Part shown: positions 33,168 through 35,512 of the stretch, piece by piece | How positions within the stretch are numbered: position 1 is the first letter of the stretch | How the letters are laid out: each line of letters opens with the position of its first letter | Assembly (NCBI GenBank): GCA_964532675.1 | Contig: CAZHIV010000227.1 | Coordinates: 1 to 35,512, forward strand | Source of the DNA: an uncultured Planctomycetaceae bacterium | GTDB lineage: Bacteria > Planctomycetota > Planctomycetia > Pirellulales > Lacipirellulaceae | DNA length: 35,512 bases | Reading direction: 5' to 3' | Position numbers and translations under genes: made by a program | The notes under the pieces: model-generated | What the model was told of the DNA's origin: nothing | What the model saw: only the letters and a program-made list of their open reading frames with translations | Database searches by the model: none

Positions 33168-35512
33168 CTATTGTACTCGCTCATAATCCACCGCCGTGTG
33201 AAAAGCCAGCGAGCCGGCGGGTTCACCCCGCCGGGATAAACCCGGCGGCTCGCCGCCGTATGCGTTCTTCGGCTCGCCAGCGCCTCGCCGCAGCCGGCCC
33301 AATCGCCGCAGCCGCTGCCAGCTTCGATCGTTGGCTTGCGCGAGAGCGGCGTCGAGCCGCTGCGACCATTTGCCAGCGCTCGCCGCCAATGCCAGCCCAG
33401 CCAGCGGCGCCGACCAACGCACCAAGCGAGGACCGGCCGGCATTTCGTCGGGCGCGTTGCTCGAGGCCTGTGGTCCGCCCTGCGTGTCCGTATCGTTCGG
33501 CAAGCGTTCCAGCAGCGGGTTCTCGTCGAGCGGCAGCACGTTGTCGGCCGGGATCGCCGCCTCGCTCGTCGGCTGCCGATCGCGCAGGCCTTCCGAGACG
33601 TCCGCCGGGTCGACGATCCGGCCGCGCCACGCCCGAAGCACCGGGTCGTAGTACCGGCGCACCGACACATCGATCACCATCCGCCACGATCCGTTTTCCA
33701 AGTGAATCCGAATCTGATAACGGTTTTCCGGCAGCGTCGCGAACAGCTCCGGCAGGTTCAGCAGGACTTCGTCGTTTAGCTTGTACGGCTCGAACTCCTC
33801 GCCGTCCGGAGAGATCACGACCAGCGCCAGGTAGCGTTCCGAGGTGGCCGCCGTATCGCTGCTCGATACGCGCACGTCGGTCGACTGCAGGCTCTGAACG
33901 GTGGACGACGGCTGATCCAGCACCACTTCCGGTGGCGCGGGCGGAGCGAACTCCAGCCGCGGCACAAGCGGCGTCGTATCGATGGCCACCATCGTCGTCT
34001 CGATGCCCGGATTGGTGATCGCGACGGACTGCAAATTGCTCACGCCGGCTTGAATTACTCCCGCAATCAGCGCGTCGTCGTCGAGAATCTTCACCGTGAT
34101 GACGATGTCGGCCGTTGGATTCGACGGGTCCGGCGGGCCAGTGAAAATGTGCTCGAGCGTGAAGCTCACCGGAGACCCCGGGGGCGTCGGCCCCGGGTGG
34201 ACGGCCGCGATCACGAACCGCTCATCCGCCGGCAGATTCAGCCTGTCGCCCCAGTCGACCAGAACCTGGAACGAATCCGCGCCCGGGTCGGAAAAGGTCA
34301 GGTTCAGCGTGGTGCGGCCCGTAGGCTCCACGTCGGTTGCCGAGATCGGCTGCAGCGTGGGGTTAACGTTTAGAACCCGCACGTCGATCGCCGACTCGAC
34401 AAAGTCGCCCGCCGCCGCGGAGCCCGTCAGGAATAGTTCGCTCGTCGCGAACGCCGCCATGTCGTCGTCCGCCACGCGCACCCGGATCGTGTATACGTTG
34501 TCCGCATCGTTGTCGACGTACGTATGCGTGATGCTGGCGAGCGTTCGCTGCAACCCGGCGGGCCCGCTCACCGTGAGCTCCTCGGAGTTGCCGTCTCCCC
34601 AAAGCACGAACGCCCGAAAGCTTTCCGTCGGAAAATTGATCAACCGATCCGTGAAGCTGCCGCTAATGCTCAGCGACTCGCCCTCGTTAATCTCCAGATC
34701 GCTGACATTGACAACCAGATTCTCCGGTGCGTGGTTTTGTACGACGACGTTGATCGTCGCGCTGCCGCTTCCGGTGTCGTCGTCGGTCACCACGAGCGAT
34801 ACGGGGAACACGTCGCTCGGCGTGCCGCTCGCCGGATGGTCGTCGTTGTAGTGATGGCTCAGCGTCAAACGGCGCGTTGTCGCGTTCCACGTGTAGGTGG
34901 TGCCGCCGACGGTCGTCGATGGAATGCTGCTCAGCCCGAGTCCGGTGATTTCATCCGTCACGCCGTCTTGCCAATTGACGACGATGGAAAACACGTCCAG
35001 CGTGCCAACGTCCGAGATAGTGGCCGAAATGGTGGCGACCGAATTCTCAAGGATCGTCGTTCCCACTGTGTTGATCAGCAGCGGCGCCACGTTCTTCACC
35101 AGCACCATGGCGCTGGCGGTGCCGGCCTCGGTGTCGTCATCCGTGACGGTGACGTCGATCGTGTAGGTATCCGCGTCGGTGGCGGTGGGGTTGTCGTCGA
35201 GGTACTGGTGGCTGACGGTGAACGTGCGGGCGACCGGGTCCCAGTCGATGCCGTCGGCCGCCTGGGTGAGGGCCACGTTGCCCAGCATGAAGCTCTGCAT
35301 GTCGTCGGGGCTCAAGGGGTCGCCCCAGTCGACGTCCAGCGTGAACGTATCGAGGCTGCCCGGGTCGCTGATCGAGCCGGAGAGCACGGCCGTGCCGTTC
35401 TCCTCGATCATGTCCACGGGATCGAGCGTCACGGTGGGCGCCACGTTCTTGACCAGCACCATGGCGCTGGCGGTGCCGACCTCGGTGTCGTCATCCGTGA
35501 CGGTGACGTCGA
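33168..35512 (-). CDS. Giant surface-type protein with tandem ~120-aa PKD/cadherin-like repeats (5'-partial, continues beyond the window)
   Basis: There are at least 4 repeats of the pattern V.V.NVAP...(D/N)WGD...TH.Y.DD....Y.I.V.V.DDD. The reading frame stays open upstream of the Met at 35462 and repeats the preceding unit. A non-repetitive ~270-aa C-terminal region follows. The stop codon lies 47 nt before the kinase start. Confidence 0.7.
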   Translation of the reverse strand, partial: DVTVTDDDTEVGTASAMVLVKNVAPTVTLDPVDMIEENGTAVLSGSISDPGSLDTFTLDVDWGDPLSPDDMQSFMLGNVALTQAADGIDWDPVARTFTVSHQYLDDNPTATDADTYTIDVTVTDDDTEAGTASAMVLVKNVAPLLINTVGTTILENSVATISATISDVGTLDVFSIVVNWQDGVTDEITGLGLSSIPSTTVGGTTYTWNATTRRLTLSHHYNDDHPASGTPSDVFPVSLVVTDDDTGSGSATINVVVQNHAPENLVVNVSDLEINEGESLSISGSFTDRLINFPTESFRAFVLWGDGNSEELTVSGPAGLQRTLASITHTYVDNDADNVYTIRVRVADDDMAAFATSELFLTGSAAAGDFVESAIDVRVLNVNPTLQPISATDVEPTGRTTLNLTFSDPGADSFQVLVDWGDRLNLPADERFVIAAVHPGPTPPGSPVSFTLEHIFTGPPDPSNPTADIVITVKILDDDALIAGVIQAGVSNLQSVAITNPGIETTMVAIDTTPLVPRLEFAPPAPPEVVLDQPSSTVQSLQSTDVRVSSSDTAATSERYLALVVISPDGEEFEPYKLNDEVLLNLPELFATLPENRYQIRIHLENGSWRMVIDVSVRRYYDPVLRAWRGRIVDPADVSEGLRDRQPTSEAAIPADNVLPLDENPLLERLPNDTDTQGGPQASSNAPDEMPAGPRLVRWSAPLAGLALAASAGKWSQRLDAALAQANDRSWQRLRRLGRLRRGAGEPKNAYGGEPPGLSRRGEPAGSLAFHTAVDYERVQ

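Noticed and set aside
35395-35405. Apparent 1-nt inconsistency between my manual codon walk of the printed sequence and the ORF-track frame of the PKD-like gene. The printed text also seems to end one base past 35512.
   Set aside because: This is most likely my own counting or transcription error at the window edge. The ORF track reads through cleanly, so I do not call a frameshift. Coordinates after about 35400 may be off by 1.
1-35512. Search for tRNA, rRNA, tmRNA or RNase P-like genes in the intergenic regions (2215..2436, 3202..3745, 9652..9918, 12723..12877, 22829..23032, 24542..24863, 27657..27996).
   Set aside because: I saw no cloverleaf-compatible sequence with a GTTCGAATC-type T-arm, and no conserved rRNA blocks. 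None is reported.

Overview
High-GC chromosomal segment that looks planctomycetal. This is an inference from gene content: a DUF1559/H-X9-DG prepilin-like protein, four PEP-CTERM proteins (two with a dockerin-like DxDGTVD motif), a giant Ser/Thr-kinase-WD40 protein, futalosine-type menaquinone genes, and a cytochrome b fused to a diheme c. I support about 26 protein genes. I saw no rRNA, tRNA, CRISPR array, transposase or integrase. Housekeeping genes: recG; a menaquinone cluster (mqnE-like radical SAM, UbiA-family prenyltransferase, ubiX, ubiE/menG); a ComB-like phosphatase; glyQS; and a long minus-strand chain (larB-like, nnrD, ribF, nrnA-like, Rieske, cytochrome b/c). Accessory content: an MNT/HepT toxin-antitoxin pair with a truncated toxin, wedged inside the menaquinone cluster; a hicBA pair; tandem PEP-CTERM paralogues; a divergent pair of large PEP-CTERM proteins sharing a C-terminal module; and a DUF1559 plus lipoprotein pair. 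The best candidate for an undescribed system is the minus-strand array at 24.7-35.5 kb. It runs from a 5'-partial giant PKD-like repeat protein, to a membrane-spanning Ser/Thr kinase with about 3 WD40 propellers, to a three-gene module. That module (Pro-rich TM protein, ParA/BY-kinase-like protein lacking the Walker A lysine, ExeA/MshM-like AAA ATPase) is bracketed by two direct copies of an 85-nt double-hairpin repeat. The window also holds several small repeat families. These are a 30-nt REP-like palindrome, GC-rich palindromes inserted in frame into recG and larB, (GGGGGCT)n heptamer tracts, and a nested inverted repeat built from 9-nt-periodic heptamers. All functional calls come from motif recognition by eye. 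No database search was run.
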